Origin: an uncultured Bacilli bacterium
GTDB lineage: Bacteria; Bacillota_I; Bacilli_A; RF39; UBA660
DNA length: 59,089 nucleotides
Assembly (NCBI GenBank): GCA_934179675.1
Contig: CAKPQS010000003.1
Location: 1-59,089, forward strand
Direction of reading: 5' to 3'
Below the pieces are notes generated by a model that did no database searches, was not told the DNA's origin, and worked only from the letters and a program-made list of their open reading frames with translations. Of this stretch, positions 49,907-59,089 are shown in pieces. Numbering within the stretch: position 1 is the stretch's first letter; each line of letters starts with the position of its first letter. The position numbers and the translations under genes are program-made.

Positions 49907-50003
49907 ATATCATACCTCCAGTAAATATTTTACCATAAATAGTTTTAATTTGACATATTTTTTTAAAAGTTTATAATAGATATTGTAATAGAGGAGAATA
50001 GAT

Positions 50004-50582
50004 ATGAAACAGAATTATTTTTTTGCAAATCGTAATGCTAGTGTATCAATTGAAAATGATGAAATAAAAATTAATAAATATTCAGATAATGTAGATGAAG
50101 AATTATTAAAAAAAGATATTATAAACCATCTTGAAAAAGAAAAAATTAACATAAAAGAAGAATGTAACCAATATGAAAAAAAAGGAAAAAATTATTTGTA
50201 CCTTATATTTTTTTGTGTTGGTATAATTATTTTTAATATTATAATTAATTATATATCTAAAAATAGTTTTAACATTTCACAGACGAATGCTTATTATTTA
50301 AGTAAATTTATAGGAGCAATTAATGTATTAGTGTTTTCTGGCTGTTCTTGCTCAATTATTTATAGCTTTGCCAAAATAGTTATATTTGAAAATAAAATGA
50401 ATAAATTAAATGAAAATATTAATAAATTAAATAAATTAATTAAAAAAACAAAAAATGAATTAAATACTATTAATTTGCAAAAAACAAAAGAAATAAAAAA
50501 GGAAGATCAAATTACAAAAAAACCTTACCAAAAAGTAACACCACTTCCTGAAATAGATAATGAATTTCATATGAAAAGATAA
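50004..50582 (+). CDS. Membrane protein with a C-terminal coiled coil, hypothetical (192 aa)
   Basis: Two TM helices in the middle and a Lys/Asn-rich coiled-coil tail. Confidence 0.45.
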   Translation: MKQNYFFANRNASVSIENDEIKINKYSDNVDEELLKKDIINHLEKEKINIKEECNQYEKKGKNYLYLIFFCVGIIIFNIIINYISKNSFNISQTNAYYLSKFIGAINVLVFSGCSCSIIYSFAKIVIFENKMNKLNENINKLNKLIKKTKNELNTINLQKTKEIKKEDQITKKPYQKVTPLPEIDNEFHMKR

Positions 50583-50586
50583 TACT

Positions 50587-52725
50587 TTATAACCTTACAG
50601 GGTTAAATTCAAGTATTACCTTTTTTTTACTTTCTTTATATTTATCATTAATAAATTTTATTTTTTCATAAATACTTTTATATTCTTTATATTTAATTAT
50701 TATTTGTACACAATATATATTATTAATTTTAGGTATTAAAGCTGCTGATGGGCCAAGAATAGATATATTATCTTGTTTTAAATAATTAGCGATCTTTTCT
50801 CCTTCTATAAAACAATCATCAATATTTTTATCCATTATTTTTATTAATAAAAGATCACAATAAGGAGGATAATTTAATTTTTTTCTCATTTTCATTTCTA
50901 TTTCATAAAAACTTTTATAATCATTTAAGGCAGCTAAACGAATACTATAGTGATCAATATTAAATCCTTGTATAATAACTTCACCTTTTTTACTACTTCT
51001 TCCAGCTCTACCAGCGACCTGATTCAAAAGTTCAAATGTTCTTTCACCACTTCTGAAATCAGGAATATTTAATGTGGCATCACCATTTATAACCCCAACT
51101 AATGTTACATTATTGAAATCAAGTCCTTTAGCTATCATTTGTGTTCCAATTAAAATATCATATTCATAGCTAGCGAATGAATCAATTAATTTTTCATGAG
51201 CGCCTTTTTTACTTGTTGTATCAATGTCCATCCTAACTACTCTAGCAGCAAACATTTCTTTTAATGTTTCCTCTAATTTTTCTGTTCCAAAGCCATAATA
51301 TTTTAAACTTTTAGTTTTACATTTTGGACATAATGAAATAACATTTTCTTCATGATTACAATAATGACATTTTAGTTTATTATTTGTTTTATGAAAAACA
51401 AGTGGAATATCGCAATTAGGACATTTTATCGTTGTAGCACAATTGGAACAAACTAAACTAGTTGTATATCCTCTCCTATTTAATAAAATAATTATTTGCT
51501 CTTTTTTTGCTAATCTTTCATTTATTTTATTTTTTAAAACACTAGATATAATACGATTCCCCATTTTAAATTCTTTACACATATCAACCATTTCAACTAC
51601 TGGCATTTGTTTATTTACCCTATTTTTTAATTCTATTAATTCATAAATATTTAATTTAGCCCTTGTATAACTTTCAATTGAAGGAGTAGCACTACCAAGA
51701 ATAACTTTAGCATTATGATTTTTTCCTCTTTTTAAAGCAATATCAATTGCATTATATGTAGGCATATTTTCTTGATGATATGAACTAGAATGTTCTTCAT
51801 CAATAACAATTAAACCAATATTAGTAAATGGTGCGAATACAGCACTTCTAGCACCAACAACAATACTTACAGATTTATTTTTTATTTTACGCCATTCATC
51901 ATATTTTTCACCATCAGAAAGTCCACTATGTAAAATGGCAACATTACCTTTAAATCTTGATTTAAATATATTTGTTAATTGAGGTGTTAAACTTATTTCT
52001 GGTACTAAAACAATTACTTCTTTTTTTTCTTTCAAAACTTCATCTATTACATGCATATAAACTTCTGTTTTACCGGAACCTGTAACGCCATGTAAAAGAA
52101 ATGGTTTAAAACCTTTAGCATTTTTAATAATATTAACGGCATTTTGTTGTTCTTCATTTAAAATAACATTTTTATATTCTTTAATTTCTTTTTGAGCTAA
52201 TCTGTCTATTTCTTCTTCTACTTCTTTTAAAATACCTGAATTAATTAAATCTTTTGTTATATAAGATGAAATATTATTTAATTCTTTTTTTAAAACTTTG
52301 CCATTTTTTTTAACTAAATCATATATTTCTTTTCTTTTTCCATCCAAAGAAACATTTTTATTGATTACAACATAAGTTGCATATTTTATATTAATTTTAG
52401 AGCCATTTTTAGCTTTTAAACCTTTAGGTAACATTGTTTGATAACTACTTGCAAGTGTACTAAATGTTTTTTTAGAAATATATTTTCCTAGTTCTAACAT
52501 TTCTTTATTTAAAATAGGTTCAGTATCAATTTGTTTAAGTATTTCTTTTACATCATAATTAGGTTTATTATTAGTTATTTCAACTACAAAACCTTCTAAT
52601 ATCATTTTACCAAAAGGAACAAGTACTCTAATTCCAAGTTCAATATTTAAATTATCAGGAATTTTATATGTAAATGTTTTATCTACATTTTTATTAACTA
52701 ATTCAACAACAACACCTGCATACAT
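50587..52725 (-). CDS. priA: Primosomal replication restart helicase PriA
   Basis: The start is set at MYAGVVVEL (AGGAGGGG 4 nt upstream). GVTGSGKTEVY, VIDEEHSSSY and the Cys-rich insert CSNC...CPNC...CHYC...CPKC are present. Confidence 0.95.
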   Translation of the reverse strand: MYAGVVVELVNKNVDKTFTYKIPDNLNIELGIRVLVPFGKMILEGFVVEITNNKPNYDVKEILKQIDTEPILNKEMLELGKYISKKTFSTLASSYQTMLPKGLKAKNGSKINIKYATYVVINKNVSLDGKRKEIYDLVKKNGKVLKKELNNISSYITKDLINSGILKEVEEEIDRLAQKEIKEYKNVILNEEQQNAVNIIKNAKGFKPFLLHGVTGSGKTEVYMHVIDEVLKEKKEVIVLVPEISLTPQLTNIFKSRFKGNVAILHSGLSDGEKYDEWRKIKNKSVSIVVGARSAVFAPFTNIGLIVIDEEHSSSYHQENMPTYNAIDIALKRGKNHNAKVILGSATPSIESYTRAKLNIYELIELKNRVNKQMPVVEMVDMCKEFKMGNRIISSVLKNKINERLAKKEQIIILLNRRGYTTSLVCSNCATTIKCPNCDIPLVFHKTNNKLKCHYCNHEENVISLCPKCKTKSLKYYGFGTEKLEETLKEMFAARVVRMDIDTTSKKGAHEKLIDSFASYEYDILIGTQMIAKGLDFNNVTLVGVINGDATLNIPDFRSGERTFELLNQVAGRAGRSSKKGEVIIQGFNIDHYSIRLAALNDYKSFYEIEMKMRKKLNYPPYCDLLLIKIMDKNIDDCFIEGEKIANYLKQDNISILGPSAALIPKINNIYCVQIIIKYKEYKSIYEKIKFINDKYKESKKKVILEFNPVRL

Positions 52726-52859
52726 ATTACCCCTCCTAAATGTAATTAAATTATACACTTTAAAATAAATTATAACAAGAAAAATATATTGATTTGAAAT
52801 ATTTCAAATTAATGCAGAAGATCTATTATTTATAGAAACCATTTGTTTAATATATAAAT

Positions 52860-53640
52860 TTAAATCGTTATAATTAATTTATGAATAGCTCTAGTCATAG
52901 AAACATATAAAAGTTTCATCTCAATAATACTATCTTCTTTATATTTATTTACAATTATTACTGAATCAAATTCTAATCCTTTAGATAACTAGGTAATATA
53001 TTTATATTGCTATCATAATTTAAATTAATTAAATTAATTTCTAATTTATCTTTTAATTTATCGTATAAAATATTAGAATCTTCTTGTGTTTTAGTAATAA
53101 GTGCGACTGTTTTATATTTATTTTTCAAATCACTAACTAATTCCAATACATCTTTATTTGTATATTCTACTTTTTCACCATATCTTATAACTGGTATAGT
53201 TTTATCAAGATTTAATAATTCATCATTACTTACAGTATCAACATCATTAAAATTTATTAGTTTGCTATTTTCTATTGTATATTGTCTTTTTAAAAGAAGA
53301 TTTCCTTTATAATCCCTTCTAGTGCCAAATATTTACATTCCCCGATATTAGAATCATAATAAAGTAATGAAATAGATGCCCGCCAATCAACTGTAATAAT
53401 ATTATCATAATCAGTAACGCCTTTTTCCAATATAACATCTATCAAAATTTTTATCATTTTTAAAATCAATATGTGCAAAATATGGAACTAATTTAGCTTT
53501 TTCTAATGCTTTAATTTCGCCTTCTAATTTAAATTTTTTTTCCAAATAAGCATCATAATCAAATTTAAATAATCCTTTAAATGTTGTAGTTTTAAACTAG
53601 AATCTTCAATTACTTCATCATATTTATCAATAGTGTAATT
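52860..53640 (-). pseudogene. helD: Decayed helD (helicase IV / RNAP recycling factor) remnant: N-terminal and C-terminal pieces fused, with frameshifts and in-frame stops
   Basis: My translation across three frames gives AKLVPYFAHIDFKNDKNFDRCYIGK / GVTDYDNIITVDWRASISLLYYDSNIGECKYLALEGIIK / GNLLLKRQYTIENSKL...IPVIRYGEKVEY...KYKTVALITKTQEDSNILYDKL...NINILPSYL / LSKGLEFDSVIIVN...LLYVSMTRAIHKLIIITI-stop. These pieces are collinear with B. subtilis HelD motifs (PYFGRIDF, YDWRAPISSLYY, LKRQF, AVICKT, IPVYLAKGIEFDAV, LLYTACTRAMH). The roughly 450-aa ATPase core is missing. Confidence 0.7.
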
Positions 53641-53795
53641 TAAATTATTTAATTATTCGTTTCCTTCTTATTAATTATAAAATTCCCCTACATTTTACAA
53701 TAGTTACCGTAATAAGTCAATTAAAAAGTCTAAATAAAAATTATTATTTCTATTTATAAATAATATAGAAATTTATTTTAGATATTATCCTAAAG

Positions 53796-53833
53796 TAAAA
53801 AGAGATTTTTTGTCTTATTTAGCACAAATCTCT
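53796..53833 (-). terminator. Intrinsic terminator after the 431-aa gene
   Basis: The minus strand reads AGAGATTT-loop-AAATCTCT followed by TTTT. Confidence 0.55.
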
Positions 53834-53856
53834 ATTACCTATTTGTAAATTAAATT

Positions 53857-55152
53857 TCAATTAGTATACTCATTTCTTTCACTAACTAAATTTATAATTG
53901 TATAAATCATTTCCTTATTTAGAATATTTTTTTTAATTTGTTCACTAGTATAATTAGGATAAATTTGCAGAAGTATTTTTTCTACAATTAATCTAATACT
54001 AATACCTTCAAATTTTTCATCACTTTTTAACATTTGTAAAATAAGCACAGATAATTTTTGATTATTATAATCATTAGAATTATATAACTGATTTAAATAG
54101 TCCAAAAAATCTTCCAAAATCATATTCTCATTTTCTTTATTCATAGCTATTTCATCAGCATAAATAGAATTTACAAACATTTCAATTTTTTGAATAATTG
54201 GGACATTTTTACTAATACTCTTATCTATAATATTTTTAACATCATTAGAATTTAAACTAGTCTTCAAATTATATCTATAATTTTTCTCACCTCTAGTAAA
54301 ACCAAGTGCATCATTTGTTGTTATATATCTATACAAAGCTGAATAAAGTTGTTTAATCCCATATTTTCTTTTAGTAGACTCCATAGCATCTAATAATACT
54401 TTGTTTGATTTTTCATTTATAAAATCATAATTAATAATTTCATCAAGAGTTATATTAGACTTTACCTTTGAAGCAATGACACAAATCATTTTTTCATTAT
54501 CTTCCATTTTTAAACTAATTTGTCTTAAATAATTACTATAGTTATTTGCATCCAAAATCATGCCCCTATTTAAACATTCAGCTAATATACCAGATAAAAA
54601 ATAATTATATGATTTACTCCCATCCTTTGTAACACCAATTCCATAAAAATTAGGTACAAGTGGATTTAAAGGACCCAAATCTTTTTTTATTTCATTATCA
54701 TTTGTAATAAAATTAATTATTTTACTAACATTTTCTTTATTCGTCCTAATAACTAAATCATCATTTCTTATTTCCATAGAAATTTTTGAAATATGAGCTA
54801 TATTATTTGCTCGCATATACTCAAAAATTCTTGTAACATTTTGATCTAAATTATGTTTTTTTAACGGAATATATAATTTTATAGAATTCATTGGATTAAA
54901 CATACCACTTGCAAAATAACAAAAATAAGAATTTTTTAAATAAATTACATTAATTCCCGGTCTTTTATTAAAACGATCAACCCAAATATTAAATAAAGGT
55001 CTAATATTTTCATTATTATCTACACCATAATTAATTAAAATTGTATAAACCATATCCGCACTTATAACAAAATTATTATTTTTCATCTTGTTATAACTAT
55101 ATAACTGATTAAGATATTTTAAAAAAACATCAATATATTCTTTACTCATCAT
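53857..55152 (-). CDS. Hypothetical protein (431 aa) with similar motifs at its N- and C-termini
   Basis: Track ORF, with no TM helix or signal peptide. The N-terminal YIDVFLKYLNQLYSYNKMKNNNF recurs near the C-terminus as ILEDFLDYLNQLYNSNDYNNQKL. The segment SIKLYIPLKK...IFEYMRANNIAHISKISMEIRNDDLVIRT vaguely recalls HopA1-like families. That resemblance is from memory only and weak. Confidence 0.5.
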   Translation of the reverse strand: MMSKEYIDVFLKYLNQLYSYNKMKNNNFVISADMVYTILINYGVDNNENIRPLFNIWVDRFNKRPGINVIYLKNSYFCYFASGMFNPMNSIKLYIPLKKHNLDQNVTRIFEYMRANNIAHISKISMEIRNDDLVIRTNKENVSKIINFITNDNEIKKDLGPLNPLVPNFYGIGVTKDGSKSYNYFLSGILAECLNRGMILDANNYSNYLRQISLKMEDNEKMICVIASKVKSNITLDEIINYDFINEKSNKVLLDAMESTKRKYGIKQLYSALYRYITTNDALGFTRGEKNYRYNLKTSLNSNDVKNIIDKSISKNVPIIQKIEMFVNSIYADEIAMNKENENMILEDFLDYLNQLYNSNDYNNQKLSVLILQMLKSDEKFEGISIRLIVEKILLQIYPNYTSEQIKKNILNKEMIYTIINLVSERNEYTN

Positions 55153-55333
55153 CTTCTTTTAATTCCTCCAATACTTCTGTTAAATCTAAAGTATCATCAA
55201 AATCTATAATATCATTTGTTTCTTTCTTTTCTTCCGTAATTACACTAATTTCTTTCCCCTTTAAATCATACACAATTATCACCATAATAATGGTAACACA
55301 ATTTACACTTTTTGACAATATCTTCAAACGCAA
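55142..55333 (-). CDS. Small acidic protein, hypothetical (43-63 aa depending on start), overlapping the start of the 431-aa gene
   Basis: The C-terminal part reads EEKKETNDIIDFDDTLDLTEVLEELKEDDE. The likely real start is the internal ATG at 55285 or the GTG at 55273 (GGTGA upstream). An 11-nt overlap with the downstream ATG suggests translational coupling. Confidence 0.3.
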   Translation of the reverse strand: MRLKILSKSVNCVTIIMVIIVYDLKGKEISVITEEKKETNDIIDFDDTLDLTEVLEELKEDDE

Positions 55334-55390
55334 AAAATAGGCATCTTTTTTTTTACATAAATTTATAGTATAATGTTAATGGTGATGTTC

Positions 55391-55960
55391 ATGAATTACC
55401 CAAAAGGTATAGTAAAACCCAAACATGAAATTAGTTATAGTAATAGAGGAATGAATTTAGAAGCTGATTTAAATGCAAGTTGTGAATATTATTTGTTAAC
55501 TGACAAAGCTGTTATTTATAAAAAGCCCACACCCATTACAATATGTAAAGTTGATTATTCAAATAAAAATGATGCAGTTATAAAAGAAGCACATTTTAGA
55601 ATACCATCAACTACTGATTATAATGGAATATATAATGGAAAATATATTGATTTTGAAGCCAAAGAAACAAAATGTGATAGTTTTCCTTTAAGAAATATTC
55701 ATGCACATCAAATTAAACATTTAAAAAACATTGTAAAACATGGAGGAATTGGTTTTTTAATAGTTCGTTTTACCACTAAAGGTGAAACTTATTATTTAAA
55801 AGCAGAAGATTTATTTGATTACCTTGAAAATAATAAATCAACTATCCCCCACTCATATTTTTTAGATAAAGGATATTTAATAAAAGATAAATACAATCCT
55901 AGATGTGATTTTTTACAAGTAATTGAATATTTATATTTTGGAGGTAATAATGAAAGTTAA
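55391..55960 (+). CDS. recU: Holliday junction resolvase RecU
   Basis: The start is set at MNYPKG (GGTGA 5 nt upstream). NRGMNLE, TDYNGIY.GKYIDFEAKET and the conserved recU-ponA gene pair support the call. Confidence 0.9.
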   Translation: MNYPKGIVKPKHEISYSNRGMNLEADLNASCEYYLLTDKAVIYKKPTPITICKVDYSNKNDAVIKEAHFRIPSTTDYNGIYNGKYIDFEAKETKCDSFPLRNIHAHQIKHLKNIVKHGGIGFLIVRFTTKGETYYLKAEDLFDYLENNKSTIPHSYFLDKGYLIKDKYNPRCDFLQVIEYLYFGGNNES

Positions 55961-58900
55961 AAATTTATTTAAAAATATTGGAAATAAAATTAAAAAAACT
56001 TATTTTATATGTCTAGATTTTATTATTGAAAATAAAATTTATTTCATTATAGGAATAAGCTCAATTATTTTATTTATAATACTATTATTTTTTCTAAAAT
56101 GGTATTTTAGTCTAATAATAGTATTATTACTAACTATAATAGCAAGTTTAATATGTTGGAAACGAGGTATGTTTGTGCGAAAGAAAAAAACAAAAAATAA
56201 AACAAAAAATAAAACAAAAAATATAAAAAATAAAAAAATAAAAAATGAACCACTATATACAAGAATAATAAGATATGTATTAATTGTATTTTGTTCTCTA
56301 TTTTTAATAGGCATATTAGGTATTGGAGTTTTCTTTACATATATAGTATTAACAACTGAAAAATTCAATCCAAATGATCTAGTAAAAAAAGAAGCAACTG
56401 TACTTTACGATAAAGATGGCATAGAATTTGCCCGTTTATTCCCAGCTGAAGGTAATCGTGAAAAAATAACTTATGATGAATTATCAGAAGTATTAGTAGA
56501 TGCAATTATAGCAACTGAAGACTCAAGATTTTTTCAACACAATGGTGTTGATATCCCAAGATTTGCTAAAGCAACATTTGGTCAACTTTTAGGCAAAGCA
56601 GCCGGAGGAGCTTCTACTCTTACAATGCAAATTGCCAAAAACAATATTAATGGGACAGATGCCCATGGCATAAAAGGTATTATTCGTAAATTTAAAGATG
56701 TTTATGTATCAGTTTTTCAAATTGAAAAAAATTATACAAAACAACAAATAATTGAATTATATGTCAATGATACCTGTTTAGGTGCAAGTGCCTGTGGAGT
56801 TGAACAAGCATCTAAAACTTATTTTGGCAAACATGCTAAAGATCTAAATTTAGCAGAAGCATCATTATTAGCAGGACTATTCCAAGCACCAAATGCTTAT
56901 AATCCATTTAAAAATCCGGAAGGTGCAAGTGCTAGAAGAAGTACTGTATTATATTTAATGGAATTACATGGTTATATTACAAATGAAGAAAGAAAACTAG
57001 CAGAATCAATACCTGTTGAAAGTTTACTTGTTGATAGTGTATCTTATGGTTCAGAATATCAATCATTTATAGATACAGTAGTTGATGAAATTTATAACTT
57101 TACAAAAGATGCTGATGGAAAAGGAATTAATCCTTATGTTACACCACTTGAAATTTATACAACAATGGACAGAAGTAAACAAGACTCTATGAATAAAATA
57201 TTTAATGGCGAAGGATATAAATGGGAAAATGATAAAGTCCAAGCTGGAAGTATTGTTCTTGATGTTAATACCGGTGGTATTGTTGCTGTTGCTAATGGTA
57301 GAAATATGACTGGTGTATGGAACTTTAATTATGCAACTGATATTAAAAGACAAATCGGTTCTACAGCTAAACCATTATATGACTATGGTCCTGGAATTGA
57401 ATATAATAACTGGTCAACTTATGGACCAGTAGTTGATGAAGCACATAAATATTCAGCTGGATCAAATTTATATAACTGGGATGGTGGCTATGATGGACTT
57501 GAAACACTTAGATCAGCTATTATAAGATCAAGAAATGTTCCTGCTTTAAAAGCTTTCCAATCAGTTAATAATAATAAAATAAGAGAATTTGTTACAAATT
57601 TAAATTTGAATCCAGAATATGAAGGAAGTACTTATATTCATGAAGCCCATGCAATAGGATCTTATGGTAATGGTACTACAAGTGGTGAATCTCCTCTTTC
57701 TATGGCTGGTGCTTATGCTGCTTTCGCAAATGGAGGATATTATCATACACCACATAGTTTTACAAAATTCGTTTATAGAGAAACAGATGAAACAGTTGAA
57801 AATAAAGTTACAACAACTAAAGCTATGAGTAGCCAAACATCTTATATGATGACAAGTATTTTAAAAGATACAGCAAGATCTTATCCATATATTAGTTATG
57901 TAAGTGGTGAAGTTGCTGCTAAAACAGGTACTACAAATTTTGATGCTCAAACAACAAAAAGATATAATATGAGTTACAATGCTGTTAATGATTTATGGGT
58001 TGCTGGATATAATCCAGAATATGCTATTGCTTTATGGTATGGTTATCCAGAATTAACAGGCTATGCTGATAAAGGATATTGGAATGTTTTAAGTAGTACA
58101 CAAAATCATAGATTATGGGCTGCTATTGCAAAGAAAATGTTTAGTAAAAATGCAACATTTAAAATATCATCTGCTGGTGTTGAAAAAGTTGCTATAGAAA
58201 AAGATACATACCCTGCTAAATTAGCAAGCGAATTTACACCAAAAGAATTTATTACTTATGAATTATTTAAATCTGGTACTGCTCCTACAGAAACTTCTGA
58301 TAGATTTGCACGTTTAAATGATGTTACTAATTTAAATATTTCTATTAATAATTTAAAAGCTACTTTAACTTGGGATGCTATTGCTACGCCAAATTATTTA
58401 GATACAGAATTTCTAAAAACGTATTTTGCAAGTGTTTATAAATCTGAAAGTGATCAAAATAAATATTTAAATAAAAGAATTGAACAAAATAAAAAAACAT
58501 TAGGAAATGTTGTTTATAATATTTATATTAAAAATGAAAACGGTGAATTAGTTAATATTGGTTCTACAACAGGTACATCATTTGAATATCAAACAAGTGC
58601 AAGTACAACATTTGTCGTAAAATCAGCGTATGAATTATTTACAAAAACTTATAGTATAGATAATAGTAGCATTGGTACTGAAATTACAGCATCATTTAGT
58701 GGCAATTTAATTACATCATCTTTAAAAGGTAGTTCTGATATAAGTATTAATAAGGGCGAAACTTTTAATGATGAAGGTATAATAGTTACCGAAAATGGCA
58801 TAAATGTTGATAGTTCTAAATATAGCGTTAATAAAGTATATTATTTAGAAAGTGATACTAATACTCCAATAACTGATATTAATACAAATAATACTGGTAA

Positions 58901-58973
58901 ATATAAAATTAAATATATTATTTCTTATGGAACATATACTAATGTTTTATGGAGAAACGTAGAAATAGAATAG
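55950..58973 (+). CDS. ponA: Class A penicillin-binding protein (PBP1A/PonA) with an extended multi-TM N-terminus and a C-terminal extension
   Basis: The start is set at the ATG at 55950 (GGAGG 5 nt upstream). GT51 motifs EDSRFFQHNGVD and GASTLTMQ, and transpeptidase motifs GSTAKP (SxxK), SRN and KTGT are present. About 300 extra C-terminal residues end in an Ig-like segment (GKYKIKYIISYG). Confidence 0.93.
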   Translation: MKVKNLFKNIGNKIKKTYFICLDFIIENKIYFIIGISSIILFIILLFFLKWYFSLIIVLLLTIIASLICWKRGMFVRKKKTKNKTKNKTKNIKNKKIKNEPLYTRIIRYVLIVFCSLFLIGILGIGVFFTYIVLTTEKFNPNDLVKKEATVLYDKDGIEFARLFPAEGNREKITYDELSEVLVDAIIATEDSRFFQHNGVDIPRFAKATFGQLLGKAAGGASTLTMQIAKNNINGTDAHGIKGIIRKFKDVYVSVFQIEKNYTKQQIIELYVNDTCLGASACGVEQASKTYFGKHAKDLNLAEASLLAGLFQAPNAYNPFKNPEGASARRSTVLYLMELHGYITNEERKLAESIPVESLLVDSVSYGSEYQSFIDTVVDEIYNFTKDADGKGINPYVTPLEIYTTMDRSKQDSMNKIFNGEGYKWENDKVQAGSIVLDVNTGGIVAVANGRNMTGVWNFNYATDIKRQIGSTAKPLYDYGPGIEYNNWSTYGPVVDEAHKYSAGSNLYNWDGGYDGLETLRSAIIRSRNVPALKAFQSVNNNKIREFVTNLNLNPEYEGSTYIHEAHAIGSYGNGTTSGESPLSMAGAYAAFANGGYYHTPHSFTKFVYRETDETVENKVTTTKAMSSQTSYMMTSILKDTARSYPYISYVSGEVAAKTGTTNFDAQTTKRYNMSYNAVNDLWVAGYNPEYAIALWYGYPELTGYADKGYWNVLSSTQNHRLWAAIAKKMFSKNATFKISSAGVEKVAIEKDTYPAKLASEFTPKEFITYELFKSGTAPTETSDRFARLNDVTNLNISINNLKATLTWDAIATPNYLDTEFLKTYFASVYKSESDQNKYLNKRIEQNKKTLGNVVYNIYIKNENGELVNIGSTTGTSFEYQTSASTTFVVKSAYELFTKTYSIDNSSIGTEITASFSGNLITSSLKGSSDISINKGETFNDEGIIVTENGINVDSSKYSVNKVYYLESDTNTPITDINTNNTGKYKIKYIISYGTYTNVLWRNVEIE

Positions 58974-58993
58974 GATACACATCCTATTTTTTT
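58971..58993 (+). terminator. Intrinsic terminator after ponA
   Basis: TAGGAT-acac-ATCCTA followed by TTTTTTT. It includes the TAG stop codon. Confidence 0.7.
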
Positions 58994-59089
58994 AGATAAA
59001 AAAGAATCATTATGAAGTGATATGATAAAAGTAGACAATGTCAAAAAGACAATCAGTCTACTTTTTTGATACAATAAAATAAAGGAAGT

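Noticed and set aside
52792-52809. A perfect 18-bp palindrome, ATTTGAAATATTTCAAAT, upstream of priA.
   Set aside because: It is composed almost entirely of A and T (one G/C position per arm). Palindromes of this kind are expected by chance in DNA this AT-rich, and there is no T-run or flanking promoter context that I can support.
59030-59070. A hairpin, AGTAGAC...GTCTACT, followed by TTTTTT at the extreme right edge of the window.
   Set aside because: It looks like an intrinsic terminator, but the gene or RNA it would terminate is not identifiable within the window. It could also serve a minus-strand gene beyond the edge.

Overview
The window is very AT-rich, with G+C roughly a quarter to 30 percent by eye (not computed). 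It looks like a low-GC, spore-forming Firmicute. EF-Tu and EF-G resemble the Bacilli/Erysipelotrichia type, and a DUF285/BspA repeat protein is present. The standard genetic code applies, because TGA acts as a stop at 36139..36141.

About 90 percent of the window is ordinary chromosome, mostly on the minus strand. The recognisable genes are:
- tgt, tdk, a Xer-type recombinase, and rbgA-mrnC-rlmB-sigH
- lepB, rplS, folD-glyA
- radC-mreC-mreD-spoIVFA/FB
- an Amidase_3 amidase, two plsC paralogues, hemolysin III
- the str operon (rpsL-rpsG-fusA-tuf)
- a gerA-family germinant receptor operon in A-C-B order
- a MurJ/SpoVB-like flippase, cse60, tex, ruvAB, fmt, priA and recU-ponA

I saw no rRNA, tRNA or CRISPR array.

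The non-core parts are:
1. Positions 1..4045 are a block of mobile-element-like genes: an adhesin-like protein, exported proteins, an ArpU-like and an XRE regulator. The block abuts a spoVD-like PBP gene that is cut exactly at its SxxK motif.
2. A self-contained promoter-to-terminator operon (41301..38501) encodes a small ORF, a 14-15-repeat BspA/DUF285 surface protein and a CUB-like 88-aa protein.
3. A decayed helD remnant lies next to an uncharacterised 431-aa gene preceded by a small acidic ORF.
4. There is a Gly/Pro/Trp/Tyr-rich protein, a kinase-less PASTA membrane protein, and a membrane-bound XRE regulator paired with a secreted protein.
5. Ribosomal protein S12 has Ile in place of the near-universal Pro of the KDLPGVRY loop.

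I cannot point to an unambiguous new multi-gene system. The split spoVD and the two uncharacterised modules are the best leads. All family calls rest on remembered motifs and alignments, not on searches.
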